Virus record (IMG/VR): IMGVR_UViG_3300020045_006153
Span: 51,550-115,549 of that record
Length of the DNA: 64,000 nt
Source of the DNA: a virus
Taxonomy: Duplodnaviria; Heunggongvirae; Uroviricota; Caudoviricetes
Direction: 5' to 3' (one strand)
Shown: piece after piece, positions 28,017 through 37,276 of the stretch
Position numbering within the stretch: the first letter of the stretch is position 1
How the letters are laid out: the number at the start of each line of letters is the position of its first letter
The notes under the pieces: generated by a model
Seen by the model: the letters and a program-made list of their open reading frames with translations, nothing else
Told to the model about the DNA's origin: nothing
Databases searched by the model: none
Position numbers and translations under genes: made by a program

Positions 28017-28339
28017 GTCACAAAGTTAAAATTAATCGTGATCAAATCACAATCGGACCTCAAGATCCGGATGCATTTGAAACAGCCTTTTGGGCTTTTC
28101 ATCTTAAAAAAGAAGGGTACATCAGGACTAGCAATGCATACTGTACAATTAGTCGCCCTGATCGAGATGACTGGATTGATCAATTAGCAATAAAAATGTT
28201 TTGCTGCAATGCTGATTTTTACATGAAAGACGGCACCGGTCCCTCAAAAGTATGGAAAGCACATTACGTAAGATCATATTCTGCTGATAAGCACACCGTG
28301 GCCCCAGAAATTCTTAGGAAAATACCTAGTTCCTATTGA
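28013..28339 (+). CDS. hypothetical protein
   Basis: 108-aa ORF. Confidence 0.4.
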   Translation: MSHKVKINRDQITIGPQDPDAFETAFWAFHLKKEGYIRTSNAYCTISRPDRDDWIDQLAIKMFCCNADFYMKDGTGPSKVWKAHYVRSYSADKHTVAPEILRKIPSSY

Positions 28340-28364
28340 CAAAGTAGGTAAAACCTGTTATAAT
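28336..28364 (+). promoter_or_regulatory. phage promoter class: TTGACA-N5-GGTAAAACCTGTT-ATAAT
   Basis: Conserved spacer element shared with sites near 30766, 39817, 41257 and 53992. Confidence 0.5.
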
Positions 28365-28393
28365 AGTGTATAGAAACAAACGGCGAGAGTAAC

Positions 28394-28651
28394 ATGACAC
28401 ATATGACTGCAGAAGACGCCCGTAAATTAACTGATTACGCGCATTCGATTGATAGCGATTATTTAAAAGAAGACACTGAAAAGATTTTAGAGTTCATTGC
28501 GGATGCTGCCCGGCACGGACAATCTAGTATGACATATAATCATTACGTTCACGATGTTATACGTCAACGCTTGATTAATCTCGGTTATACATATAAGTGG
28601 TATGACGGAATGAATTGGGAAGATACCGGTTATGCATCTATTTCTTGGTAA
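28394..28651 (+). CDS. hypothetical protein
   Basis: 85-aa ORF. Confidence 0.4.
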   Translation: MTHMTAEDARKLTDYAHSIDSDYLKEDTEKILEFIADAARHGQSSMTYNHYVHDVIRQRLINLGYTYKWYDGMNWEDTGYASISW

Positions 28652-28657
28652 TTAAAA

Positions 28658-28855
28658 ATGGTACGAATTGTAAAACAAGACCCACATCCTTCTGTAGTAA
28701 GGGAGGTAGTTTGTCGAAATTGTGGTGCCACACTAGAATATGTGCCCGCGGATGTAAAATCGAAATATGTGCGTGATTATGACGGATGCAGTGATACGTA
28801 TTCGCATATTATGTGTCCTAATTGTAGTAAACAAGTGAGTGTAAAAAATGGCTAA
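28658..28855 (+). CDS. small zinc-ribbon protein
   Basis: CRNCG ... CPNC pairs, 65 aa. Confidence 0.4.
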   Translation: MVRIVKQDPHPSVVREVVCRNCGATLEYVPADVKSKYVRDYDGCSDTYSHIMCPNCSKQVSVKNG

Positions 28856-29084
28856 TCCTCGAGTTAAAGAATTGATTTTTAGTGCTGCGCAATTTGCAGT
28901 AGATCATACTAGCAATAACGCCTCTGCGTATGAAGGTGTATTTTTGAGCAAGTATACAGATCTCATCATTGAAGAATGTTGTGAAGCACTGTGGACTGAA
29001 GAATGTCACACAAGTGACGTTGCATATATTGAATGGCTTGCGCAATGCAGCAAAATTAAAGACTCGTTAGGAGTATTGGCATGA
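28848..29084 (+). CDS. hypothetical protein
   Basis: 78-aa ORF. Confidence 0.4.
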   Translation: MANPRVKELIFSAAQFAVDHTSNNASAYEGVFLSKYTDLIIEECCEALWTEECHTSDVAYIEWLAQCSKIKDSLGVLA

Positions 29085-29680
29085 ATATAGTTGAACTAAT
29101 TTGGGGTGGATTGCTACAAACTACTCCGTTGGAATTATGGGCCAACGGCATGACCGCTGTCTGTATCTTCCTTGCAGGCCGCAATAACATCCACACTTGG
29201 TGGACAGGCATCGTTGCTTGTGTATTGTTTGGTTGGTTATTCTTTGGTGCTAACCTGTATGCTGATGTAACACTACAAGCGTTCTTTGTTGTTACTGGAG
29301 TGATTGGCTGGTACAATTGGGTTAAGAAAACCAATAATGTAGAAACGCCGGTTTCATATGCAAGTGGCCATCAAGTTGCGCGAATGGTCGCAATTGCAAT
29401 CGGAACAGCAATCGGATACGGATGGTTGCTGCATACTTTCACTAATGCATTCGCACCGTGGATTGATAGTACTGTACTCACGTTTAGTATTATTGCGCAA
29501 CTGTTGCTAATGACTCGCAAGGTGCAAAACTGGCCAATCTGGGTACTCGTTAACACGCTAAGTGTGCCGTTGTACTGGAGTCGAGAACTATATGTAACAT
29601 CTGCGCTGTACGCAGTATTTTGGGTAAATGCAATGTGGTCGTGGAAGACTTGGATTAATCTTGCTAAAGAAGAAAAATGA
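29081..29680 (+). CDS. pnuC: nicotinamide riboside transporter PnuC-like membrane protein
   Basis: 199 aa, 6-7 TM segments, Trp-rich (WxxN-type) motifs typical of PnuC. Sits inside the NAD cluster. Confidence 0.65.
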   Translation: MNIVELIWGGLLQTTPLELWANGMTAVCIFLAGRNNIHTWWTGIVACVLFGWLFFGANLYADVTLQAFFVVTGVIGWYNWVKKTNNVETPVSYASGHQVARMVAIAIGTAIGYGWLLHTFTNAFAPWIDSTVLTFSIIAQLLLMTRKVQNWPIWVLVNTLSVPLYWSRELYVTSALYAVFWVNAMWSWKTWINLAKEEK

Positions 29681-29868
29681 ACGAACACATTAAGGCATTG
29701 ATCAATCGATGCACTATAGATATTGAAACATTCGATTCTGAAATGTTTGTGGAATTGATTATGAAAGAATGTGTTGACTGTTGCTATCATATGGATAAAG
29801 ATAGTGGCCCCATTACCGCTGATTTGATTAAAATCAGAATTATGTCTCTGTTTGGAGTTGAAAAATGA
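29677..29868 (+). CDS. hypothetical protein
   Basis: 63-aa ORF. Confidence 0.35.
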   Translation: MNEHIKALINRCTIDIETFDSEMFVELIMKECVDCCYHMDKDSGPITADLIKIRIMSLFGVEK

Positions 29869-30122
29869 AATCACATGAACTAGCAAAGATGCTGCTTGAG
29901 TTTCCTGATGTTGAATTAATCTTGCAAAAAGATTCCGAAGGAAATGGATATTCTCCGTTGCGAGGTGTCGACTTTGATGTTGTGTATGTTGCCGATACCA
30001 CATGGCGCGGTGAAGTGTTTAACACAACACTTAATGCAGATGACAATTGCATGGAGGAAGAAGAATGGGAAGAACTGAAAAAGTCAAATCCCGGATATGC
30101 GGTGTTGTATCCAATTAACTAA
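29865..30122 (+). CDS. hypothetical protein
   Basis: 85-aa ORF. Confidence 0.4.
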   Translation: MKSHELAKMLLEFPDVELILQKDSEGNGYSPLRGVDFDVVYVADTTWRGEVFNTTLNADDNCMEEEEWEELKKSNPGYAVLYPIN

Positions 30123-30132
30123 AGAAATACAG

Positions 30133-30321
30133 ATGATAGATAAAGAATCAGCAGAACGATTAAAAGCGTTCATAACTGCAAACTTCATGGGGATAGCAAA
30201 CTATCGTACAGAAGGTGGGTGTGATACGTGCGGTTGGGGAGGCGACTCGTATTCAGAAGTAGACCTCGAAGGAGCACTATCTTTAGTAGACGAGTTCTTA
30301 AAATCAGAGGACAACAAATGA
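30133..30321 (+). CDS. hypothetical protein
   Basis: In-frame ATG 30133 of track ORF 30097..30321. Confidence 0.35.
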   Translation: MIDKESAERLKAFITANFMGIANYRTEGGCDTCGWGGDSYSEVDLEGALSLVDEFLKSEDNK

Positions 30322-30512
30322 AAATCAAACTCACCTTTAAAAGTCCTGATGCTGTTTCGGATGGTATTCTAGATGCAGGAATTAGTCAACGGACAAATCC
30401 AGACGAATACGACGAGTTGTATGAACAACTATCCGAATGGGTCCGTTACGGTGAATATATTGATGTTGAGTATGATACTGAAACAAAAGAAATGAAAATT
30501 CTAAAGAAGTAA
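30318..30512 (+). CDS. hypothetical protein
   Basis: In-frame ATG 30318 (MKIKLTF...) of track ORF 30228..30512. Confidence 0.35.
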   Translation: MKIKLTFKSPDAVSDGILDAGISQRTNPDEYDELYEQLSEWVRYGEYIDVEYDTETKEMKILKK

Positions 30513-30513
30513 T

Positions 30514-30762
30514 ATGTACAGATTTAAAACTCGCGAAGAAGCCCTTGTTGCTGCTAATGCAGAAGGTGAGGAACTAATGAAGAACGACAATTATGTCGAG
30601 TTTGAAGGTATGAATTGTAACGATTATCTAGATGATTTTTCCATAGAATGCGAGGGTTGGGACGGTGCTAGCCGTAGGTGTGACTGCGGACATCGTCGTG
30701 TTAGTTGGGAACTATTGGGTAGTGATGCATCTGGCTGGGATTATTTTGCTTGTGCATATTAG
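30514..30762 (+). CDS. hypothetical Cys-containing protein
   Basis: 82-aa ORF. Confidence 0.4.
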   Translation: MYRFKTREEALVAANAEGEELMKNDNYVEFEGMNCNDYLDDFSIECEGWDGASRRCDCGHRRVSWELLGSDASGWDYFACAY

Positions 30763-30765
30763 GGG

Positions 30766-30796
30766 TTAACAACACAGGTAAAACCTGTTTTATTAT
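30766..30796 (+). promoter_or_regulatory. phage promoter class variant: TTAACA-N5-GGTAAAACCTGTT-TTATTAT
   Basis: Shares the GGTAAAACCTGTT element. Confidence 0.4.
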
Positions 30797-30862
30797 GATT
30801 AGTGTATCAAAATTCTCAGTAATACACCGGCGATAAGATAGAAGAGCACTTTGGAGTAAAGA

Positions 30863-31219
30863 ATGACTAAAGAAATTACAGTTGATATATTGGACGCAAT
30901 TAAAGTCCAATGGCTGGCGCAGATATTTGAAGATGATTTTCCCGAGCGAGGAATGGTTGCCTGGTTTACAGGAGTAGAGTGGGAAAATAAAAACGAATGT
31001 TATAAACTATATTTCGACTTTAAAGAGTTCGAAGAAGTAAATGACAAATACTTCCGTGAAGTGTACTACTCAAATACTCCTGGAAAGTTAGTAACTGCTA
31101 AAGTTGCAAATCAGTATACATCTAAATATTCGGTCTATTTTAGTTGCGGTGATTTTACAACTCGAAACGATGCTGCATTTGCAGAAGAAATTAAAAAGTT
31201 TTTAAAGGTTATAGAATAA
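30863..31219 (+). CDS. hypothetical protein
   Basis: 118-aa ORF. Confidence 0.45.
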   Translation: MTKEITVDILDAIKVQWLAQIFEDDFPERGMVAWFTGVEWENKNECYKLYFDFKEFEEVNDKYFREVYYSNTPGKLVTAKVANQYTSKYSVYFSCGDFTTRNDAAFAEEIKKFLKVIE

Positions 31220-31413
31220 TGCTTAAAGATCGACGTGCTCTCATGGAGCAAGAAATTGAAAAACAGAAGAAAGCATGTGGAGCATTGTACCTATGCATTA
31301 TCCGAGGCGAATCCGGATTTTCTAATCTATACAATAATGAAAAAGAACGGTTGTCAGAAATGCTAACCGAAATGATAATTGTCGATCAGATGATTAAAGA
31401 CGGGCATCAATAA
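31219..31413 (+). CDS. hypothetical protein
   Basis: 64-aa ORF. Confidence 0.4.
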   Translation: MLKDRRALMEQEIEKQKKACGALYLCIIRGESGFSNLYNNEKERLSEMLTEMIIVDQMIKDGHQ

Positions 31414-31437
31414 TAGAATTAATACACAGAGTAACAC

Positions 31438-31614
31438 ATGTTGAAAATGATTTTAGTATTTTTAATTACATTTTCTGTAATTTATGGAGGGATTGAAATT
31501 GTTCGATCGCTAACTAAATTGAAAAAATTGAAGTTGACAAAGACCGCAGGATATGCTATAATTATAGCAACAGTAACAACACTGTTTTTATCAACAATTG
31601 TATTTTTATTTTAA
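31438..31614 (+). CDS. small two-TM membrane protein (holin-like topology, speculative)
   Basis: 58-aa ORF MLKMILVFLITFSVIYGG...IIIATVTTLFLSTIVFLF, below the track cut-off. Confidence 0.3.
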   Translation: MLKMILVFLITFSVIYGGIEIVRSLTKLKKLKLTKTAGYAIIIATVTTLFLSTIVFLF

Positions 31615-31621
31615 GGATTAT

Positions 31622-32428
31622 ATGAATCGTACTATTAAACTCGCCTTTGCCATTATCTCTGTCGCAATGTTTGCATCTGGCTGCACTCGTATCACTACAG
31701 GCGAAGTTGGCGTTCGTGTTAACGCTTCTAAAGAAGTGCAGGGCGCTGAACTGATGCCCGGATCGTGGAACCAAACATTGGTAGGCGAGGTACTTACGTT
31801 TCCTACTAAAGATATTTCAGTTAGTGTAGAAAATAAAACGCCAATGACTGCAGATAATTCTGCATTGGCAGATTTCGACATTACTGTGGTGTATGGTATT
31901 AATCCGACAAGTGTGTCTGAACTCTACACAACGAAATCGAAAAGTTTCCATACGTATGATGAAAAAGAAAATGATACAATGTTGATGTACAACTATATCA
32001 CTACATTGGTAAACAATGCTGCCTATAAAGTAGTTCGAGAATACAAATCTCTCGAAGTTGCGGATAACCGAGCAAAGATTGAGCAGCAAATTCGCGAAGT
32101 GGTTGCCGAACAACTGAAGTCTGAAAAGTTGGATACATCCATTACGCTAACTGTTGTGCAAATTCGAAATATTCTACCTAATGCAGATATTCTTGCTTCA
32201 GCAACTGCTTATGTTAAGTCGCAAAATGATTTGAAAATCAAGCAGACTGAAGTAGATATTGCTAAAAAAGAATCCGAACGTATGGCCGCACTGAGTGCTA
32301 ATTCAGCACAGTCGATTGCATATATGAATGCACAGGCTGCACTTAACATCTCCGAAGGTGTAAAGAACGGTAAAGTGCAAACCATTATCATTCCAAGTAC
32401 TATGACTGGTTTGATGATTGGTAAGTAA
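31622..32428 (+). CDS. lipoprotein (lipobox MFASGC), possibly SPFH/band-7-like
   Basis: In-frame ATG 31622 with RBS. Signal peptide plus Cys lipobox. 268 aa. Confidence 0.45.
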   Translation: MNRTIKLAFAIISVAMFASGCTRITTGEVGVRVNASKEVQGAELMPGSWNQTLVGEVLTFPTKDISVSVENKTPMTADNSALADFDITVVYGINPTSVSELYTTKSKSFHTYDEKENDTMLMYNYITTLVNNAAYKVVREYKSLEVADNRAKIEQQIREVVAEQLKSEKLDTSITLTVVQIRNILPNADILASATAYVKSQNDLKIKQTEVDIAKKESERMAALSANSAQSIAYMNAQAALNISEGVKNGKVQTIIIPSTMTGLMIGK

Positions 32429-32575
32429 TATCAATTAACTAAGAATAGAATGGCTACGCAAAGAGTAGCCATTCTTATATAGAAATATAAAATGATAGTA
32501 TACGAAGTAAAAGGTTCAACAAGCCTACAGTAAGTGTGAATTTGAAATTGAAGAAAAATACCTAAGAGACAACTA

Positions 32576-33577
32576 ATGAAATATGCAACTGGATTAGTAG
32601 TGGGTAAATTTTGTCCTCTGCACAAGGGACACGAATTGCTAATCAGCACTGCACTAAGCCAGTGCAATCGTGTTGTTATTCTTTCTTACACTTCACAAGA
32701 ATTTGAAGGTTACGAAGTTGAAAAAAGAGAACAATGGATTAAACTCATGTACCCTAAAGCAATTGTAAAGGTATTATCTCCACATGAAGTACCAGATGAT
32801 GATGCGCCTGCAGAATTTCATCGACTATTTTGTGCCGATCATCTCCTTAATGTAATGAATACTACTGTACAGGCAGTGTTCACTTCAGAAGATTACGGAG
32901 ACGGCTTTGCAGAATATCTCAGCAAATACTTTTCAGAAAATCTTAGCACAGAAATCACAGTAGATCACGTGCTTGTAGATAAAGAAAGGATACAGTTTCC
33001 AGTGTCGGGTACTTATATTAGAGAATCAATTGCAAATGGCAATATTCCTGTTACATTACATCCGTATGTGTTTAGGGATTTTGTTAAACGTGTTGCGTTT
33101 TTGGGCGGAGAATCATCGGGCAAAACAACGCTAACAACAGCATTAGGTCGCCGAACAAACATACAATGGGTATTAGAATACGGCCGTGAATTGTACGACG
33201 ATCGTACTGGCAAGTTAAATTACGAAGACATGGAGTTTATAGCCAAGACGCAGATAGGCAGAGAAAATCGGAGCAGGCAAGAACAATATATGTTTTGTGA
33301 TACTACTCCATTGACTACAAAATTCTATAGTGAGCAACTGTTTAACCGTGTCTCTCCCGCACTAGAAAAAATGTCGCAACGCGAGTACTACAAAATTTAT
33401 TTGTGTTCTCCGGACATTAATTTTGAGCAGGACGGCACAAGGCGTGATTCTACATTTAGAACGGTAGGACACAATTGGTATGTTAAGTACTTGACAGCAC
33501 ACAATATACCGTATACAATAGTACAAGGTTCTCTAGAAGAACGCATTGATTTTGTTATGAAAGATTTAGGATTATGA
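32576..33577 (+). CDS. nadR: NadR-like bifunctional NMN adenylyltransferase / ribosylnicotinamide kinase (no HTH domain)
   Basis: N-terminal VVGKFCPLHKGHE nucleotidyltransferase motif and central Walker A GGESSGKTT of the RNK domain, 333 aa. Confidence 0.7.
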   Translation: MKYATGLVVGKFCPLHKGHELLISTALSQCNRVVILSYTSQEFEGYEVEKREQWIKLMYPKAIVKVLSPHEVPDDDAPAEFHRLFCADHLLNVMNTTVQAVFTSEDYGDGFAEYLSKYFSENLSTEITVDHVLVDKERIQFPVSGTYIRESIANGNIPVTLHPYVFRDFVKRVAFLGGESSGKTTLTTALGRRTNIQWVLEYGRELYDDRTGKLNYEDMEFIAKTQIGRENRSRQEQYMFCDTTPLTTKFYSEQLFNRVSPALEKMSQREYYKIYLCSPDINFEQDGTRRDSTFRTVGHNWYVKYLTAHNIPYTIVQGSLEERIDFVMKDLGL

Positions 33578-33903
33578 GCGAACGCCAAATGTTAGTGGAT
33601 GTAGTTACACAATGCAAACTCAATTTGCAACTTGCAGAATCACAATTGTATAAGTTTGATACTTTAGCAGAAAATAATGTATTTGAAACATTAAAAATTG
33701 CTGAATCAAAACTTAGCGATTTGTTGCGTGAACGTGCACACGAAGATTGCGAAGGTGCATATAATTGCGGTGATGAAGAATACAGTCAAGAATTTATAGT
33801 TGACAACGAAAAGTACATTGCTATTGCCACAATTGAGTATAACAGGCACGATAAAACATATTACTATGTTGACTATTTTAATATTAAGATTGAAAAACTA
33901 TGA
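33574..33903 (+). CDS. hypothetical protein
   Basis: 109-aa ORF. Confidence 0.45.
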   Translation: MSERQMLVDVVTQCKLNLQLAESQLYKFDTLAENNVFETLKIAESKLSDLLRERAHEDCEGAYNCGDEEYSQEFIVDNEKYIAIATIEYNRHDKTYYYVDYFNIKIEKL

Positions 33904-34067
33904 ATATTTTTGAAAGAGAATATTCGGGTGAATCTATTATTGATTTATGTGAAGATTTAAGTTGGATGTTTTCAGATGGTAATGGAGCCAAAGTGCCATC
34001 TGACGAATATGGAATTCAGCGAGGTACATTTACTGTAACAGTAACTTGGAAAGAAGATGAAGAATGA
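33900..34067 (+). CDS. small hypothetical protein (55 aa)
   Basis: ATGA-overlapped small ORF filling the gap. Confidence 0.25.
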   Translation: MNIFEREYSGESIIDLCEDLSWMFSDGNGAKVPSDEYGIQRGTFTVTVTWKEDEE

Positions 34068-34654
34068 ATACAACTGAAAAATTAAAATTAGCCGCAGAAG
34101 CAGGCGTTAAATTGCCGCATATTACAAATACAACTAACCCAATTGATTTCCCAATGAACACAAAAGACAGTTATTTAATTCATGATAAGGGCAATTTGCT
34201 CGACCTTGCAGAAGCACATCGATTTGATGTAGTTGTACAAGGTTGCAACTGTTTCAACACAATGGGCGGAGGCATTGCACGAGAAATTAAAACTCGGTAT
34301 CCGCATGTTGCAGCAGTTGATGCAGCAACTGTACGAGGCGACTATAATAAACTAGGCAACTGGACTAGTGAAAGTGTTGAAACTGAAATTCAACAAGGCG
34401 ATCAATTTGATATCATCAATGCGTATACTCAATACGATATGAGCACAGGCGAAGATGTATTTGAGTACGCAGCATTTGCACTAATTCTGCAAAAACTTGC
34501 ACATTGCTATCCAGATGGAACACGCTACGGATTCCCATATATCGGCATGGGACTTGCAAAAGGCGACTCGGTGCTTATTATTAGCATGTTAGAAGATTTT
34601 GCTGAAAAAGTTTCTAATAAAGGTGGGAGCGTTACGCTTGTAGAATTTGCATAA
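34064..34654 (+). CDS. macro domain protein (ADP-ribose binding/hydrolase-like)
   Basis: FDVVVQGCNCFNTMGGGIAREI resembles the macro-domain Gly-rich ADP-ribose-binding loop, 196 aa. Confidence 0.5.
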   Translation: MNTTEKLKLAAEAGVKLPHITNTTNPIDFPMNTKDSYLIHDKGNLLDLAEAHRFDVVVQGCNCFNTMGGGIAREIKTRYPHVAAVDAATVRGDYNKLGNWTSESVETEIQQGDQFDIINAYTQYDMSTGEDVFEYAAFALILQKLAHCYPDGTRYGFPYIGMGLAKGDSVLIISMLEDFAEKVSNKGGSVTLVEFA

Positions 34655-34857
34655 TGCAGATTGTAAAACCATTATTGATTAGAGACTTTTTACATTGGCA
34701 ACATGTCAAAGTCTCTAGTCTGCCGTGGGCATCTCGAGACGCTAGAAAACAGTGGCTATCGGAAAATGGTTCCGATAATAGAGTAGTTTGCGGTTTCACA
34801 CGATATTGGTTTGAAAACGAAAAAGATGCAATGTTGTTTATATTGAAGTGGACATGA
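34654..34857 (+). CDS. small protein of the ...DAxLFxLKW paralog family (distant member)
   Basis: C-terminus YWFENEKDAMLFILKWT. Confidence 0.5.
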   Translation: MQIVKPLLIRDFLHWQHVKVSSLPWASRDARKQWLSENGSDNRVVCGFTRYWFENEKDAMLFILKWT

Positions 34858-35102
34858 TGAACGTTTATTATGAATATGCCCCTGCTGTGACTGCGAGTTT
34901 AGGCATTACCCACTTGTATTGGGCAAGATATAATGTCGATGACGGTTACACTGTAGATTTTACCTCTATGCGATTTTCTAATCGAGTTTGGGTAGAGGAC
35001 GAATTCAAGATCAAATATATCAAATACCGATGGGATTCGCCAGCACCGGCAGTAGACCTAAAAGAATTCATGTGGGTTAAGTTACGGAGCAAAGAATTAT
35101 GA
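34848..35102 (+). CDS. hypothetical protein
   Basis: 84-aa ORF. Confidence 0.4.
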   Translation: MDMMNVYYEYAPAVTASLGITHLYWARYNVDDGYTVDFTSMRFSNRVWVEDEFKIKYIKYRWDSPAPAVDLKEFMWVKLRSKEL

Positions 35103-35494
35103 AAATCGGAATTACAGGTACGCGGCGTGGTATAACTGATTATCAACGCGACGAAATTACTAAACTACTCAACGAATTGTATTCAGTAAACTCGGAATTG
35201 CATCACGGCGATTGCGTAGGAGCAGACGCCACTGTTGCAGATATTGCAAATGAGTTAGGTTACATTATTGTATGTCATCCTCCTACTAAAGACTCTCTTA
35301 GAGCGTTTCGCAGAGCAGATCAAATACGTATACCTACATCGTATTTTTCCCGTAATAGGAATATTGTGAATGACACTGATGTATTACTAGTAGTGCCTTT
35401 TCAAACGTCACCTCAATCAACTGGTGGTACCTGGTATACATATGATTATGCCCTAAAGGTAGGCAAGCCCGTACACATCATTTATCCAAAGTAA
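35099..35494 (+). CDS. Rossmann-like nucleotide-processing protein (SLOG/DprA-like fold, tentative)
   Basis: GITGTRRG ... HHGDCVGAD motif pattern, 131 aa. Confidence 0.3.
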   Translation: MKIGITGTRRGITDYQRDEITKLLNELYSVNSELHHGDCVGADATVADIANELGYIIVCHPPTKDSLRAFRRADQIRIPTSYFSRNRNIVNDTDVLLVVPFQTSPQSTGGTWYTYDYALKVGKPVHIIYPK

Positions 35495-35496
35495 TT

Positions 35497-35739
35497 ATGG
35501 AAGTTATTGTATCTTGTGGCAACGGTGGCGATTGGGAATGGTATAACGACCAGTACTTGTGGCAATTGTGGATTGAACAAAATATAACAACTGAGTTCAA
35601 CACCGGCTCAGGAATTCATGTTAAGGCAGACGAACTTGCAGTGCGTTTTAAAAATCCATCTCACGCAACAATTTTTACTTTAAAGAGGCCAATGTGGATT
35701 ACGCATCACGATGTTATATTACCAAAACCAGTTGACTAA
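35497..35739 (+). CDS. hypothetical protein
   Basis: 80-aa ORF. Confidence 0.4.
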   Translation: MEVIVSCGNGGDWEWYNDQYLWQLWIEQNITTEFNTGSGIHVKADELAVRFKNPSHATIFTLKRPMWITHHDVILPKPVD

Positions 35740-35797
35740 CAATAGTTAATGTAGTATAATAAATACATGCAGCGAAGAGATAGACTTTTCGCACATT
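35732..35797 (+). promoter_or_regulatory. promoter TTGACT-17-TATAAT plus conserved leader hairpin GCGAAGAG-ataga-CTTTTCGC (copy 2)
   Basis: Second copy of the 45-nt leader element seen at 25156-25198; precedes nadV. Confidence 0.55.
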
Positions 35798-35815
35798 TAT
35801 ATAAAGGATTTTTAT

Positions 35816-37276
35816 ATGTCAAAACTTAATAGCATTATAACCGATACCGATTCTTACAAGGTATCAATGTGGAAACAATACCCAGCAGGAACAGAATATG
35901 TCTATTCTTACATCGAATCCCGTGGTGGCAAATATGATCGAACAGAATTTCTCGGGGTACAGGCTCTCGCAAAGTATCTTGCGACACCGATTACGCAAGA
36001 ACAAATTGATTATGCAGAGAAAATTTGGACTCTGCACGGAGAGCCGTTCAACCGCGAAGGTTGGCAATACATCCTTGATCAACATGAAGGCAAGTTACCT
36101 TTGCGGATTCGCGCAGCCAAGGAAGGCCTTATCATTCCGACTAAAAACGTCCTCTGCACAATCGAAAATACTGATCCAAACTGCTTCTGGCTCACAACTT
36201 GGGTGGAAACAGCGGCGCTACGTGCAATCTGGTATCCTACCACTGTCGGAACTACTTCGTGGCATATTAAGCAAGAAATTCTAAACTACCTGGAGAAGTC
36301 TGGTGACCCTACTACTATTGCTTTCAAGCTTCACGACTTTGGCGCTCGCGGTGTTTCTTCTGGAGAAAGCGCAGGGATCGGTGGTGCAGCGCACCTGGTT
36401 AACTTCATGGGCACCGACACTATTTCTGGTGTCCTCTATGCCATGGATGTATATGGTGGTGACGTTTGTGGATACAGTATCCCAGCCGCAGAACACAGCA
36501 CCATCACAAGTTGGGGTCGTGCACACGAAGTAGACGCTTACCGCAATATGGTCAAGCAGTTCGGCAAGCCTGGCGCTATCCTTGCTGTGGTTAGCGACTC
36601 ATACGATATTTACAAAGCCTGTGAAATGTGGGGAACGGAACTAAAAAATGATGTTATCAATTCTGGCGCAACTGTTGTTATCCGCCCTGACTCTGGCGAC
36701 CCTGTGGTGGTTGTGCCTAAAATGCTCAGAATCCTTTCTGAAAAGTTTGGGTATACCACCAACGCAAAAGGATATAAGGTACTTAATAACGTTCGCGTCA
36801 TTTGGGGCGACGGTATTAACAGTGTTAGCTTATCCAGTATTCTTCGCTGTGTAGTTGATGTAGCAGGATACTCTACAGACAATATTGCATTTGGTATGGG
36901 CGGCGGATTGTTGCAACAATGTGACCGTGATACACTGCAATTTGCTATGAAGTGTTCTTCGATTGGTATTCGTGAAGTTCCTGCAACATACGATCCAACT
37001 GCACAAGAAGAAAACACTGACGGTTCTGTGCTTGTATGGCGTGATGTATTCAAAGACCCTAGTACCGACCCCGGCAAGGCTTCTAAGAAGGGTCGTGTGA
37101 CATTGTGGACAAACGGTGCGCCACAAGGTACTGAATACGAAACCGCAGTCGACTGTCCTACACGCTGGACTGACAAAGGATTTGCTTGGAATGATGCAAT
37201 GGAAACGTATTTTGAAGACGGTGAAGTAAAGTTCACACAACCCTTTGAAGAAGTACGGACTAACAGCAATCTATGA
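35816..37276 (+). CDS. nadV: nicotinamide phosphoribosyltransferase (Nampt/NadV)
   Basis: 486 aa, characteristic type-II PRTase length and motifs (GTDTISG-like region, FGMGGGLLQ). Confidence 0.85.
   Translation: MSKLNSIITDTDSYKVSMWKQYPAGTEYVYSYIESRGGKYDRTEFLGVQALAKYLATPITQEQIDYAEKIWTLHGEPFNREGWQYILDQHEGKLPLRIRAAKEGLIIPTKNVLCTIENTDPNCFWLTTWVETAALRAIWYPTTVGTTSWHIKQEILNYLEKSGDPTTIAFKLHDFGARGVSSGESAGIGGAAHLVNFMGTDTISGVLYAMDVYGGDVCGYSIPAAEHSTITSWGRAHEVDAYRNMVKQFGKPGAILAVVSDSYDIYKACEMWGTELKNDVINSGATVVIRPDSGDPVVVVPKMLRILSEKFGYTTNAKGYKVLNNVRVIWGDGINSVSLSSILRCVVDVAGYSTDNIAFGMGGGLLQQCDRDTLQFAMKCSSIGIREVPATYDPTAQEENTDGSVLVWRDVFKDPSTDPGKASKKGRVTLWTNGAPQGTEYETAVDCPTRWTDKGFAWNDAMETYFEDGEVKFTQPFEEVRTNSNL

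Noticed and set aside
36610-37269. Minus-strand ORFs of 219 and 136 aa, and plus-strand off-frame ORFs at 35898..36284, 36303..36533 and 36648..36854
   Set aside because: All overlap nadV, whose frame carries unmistakable Nampt homology.
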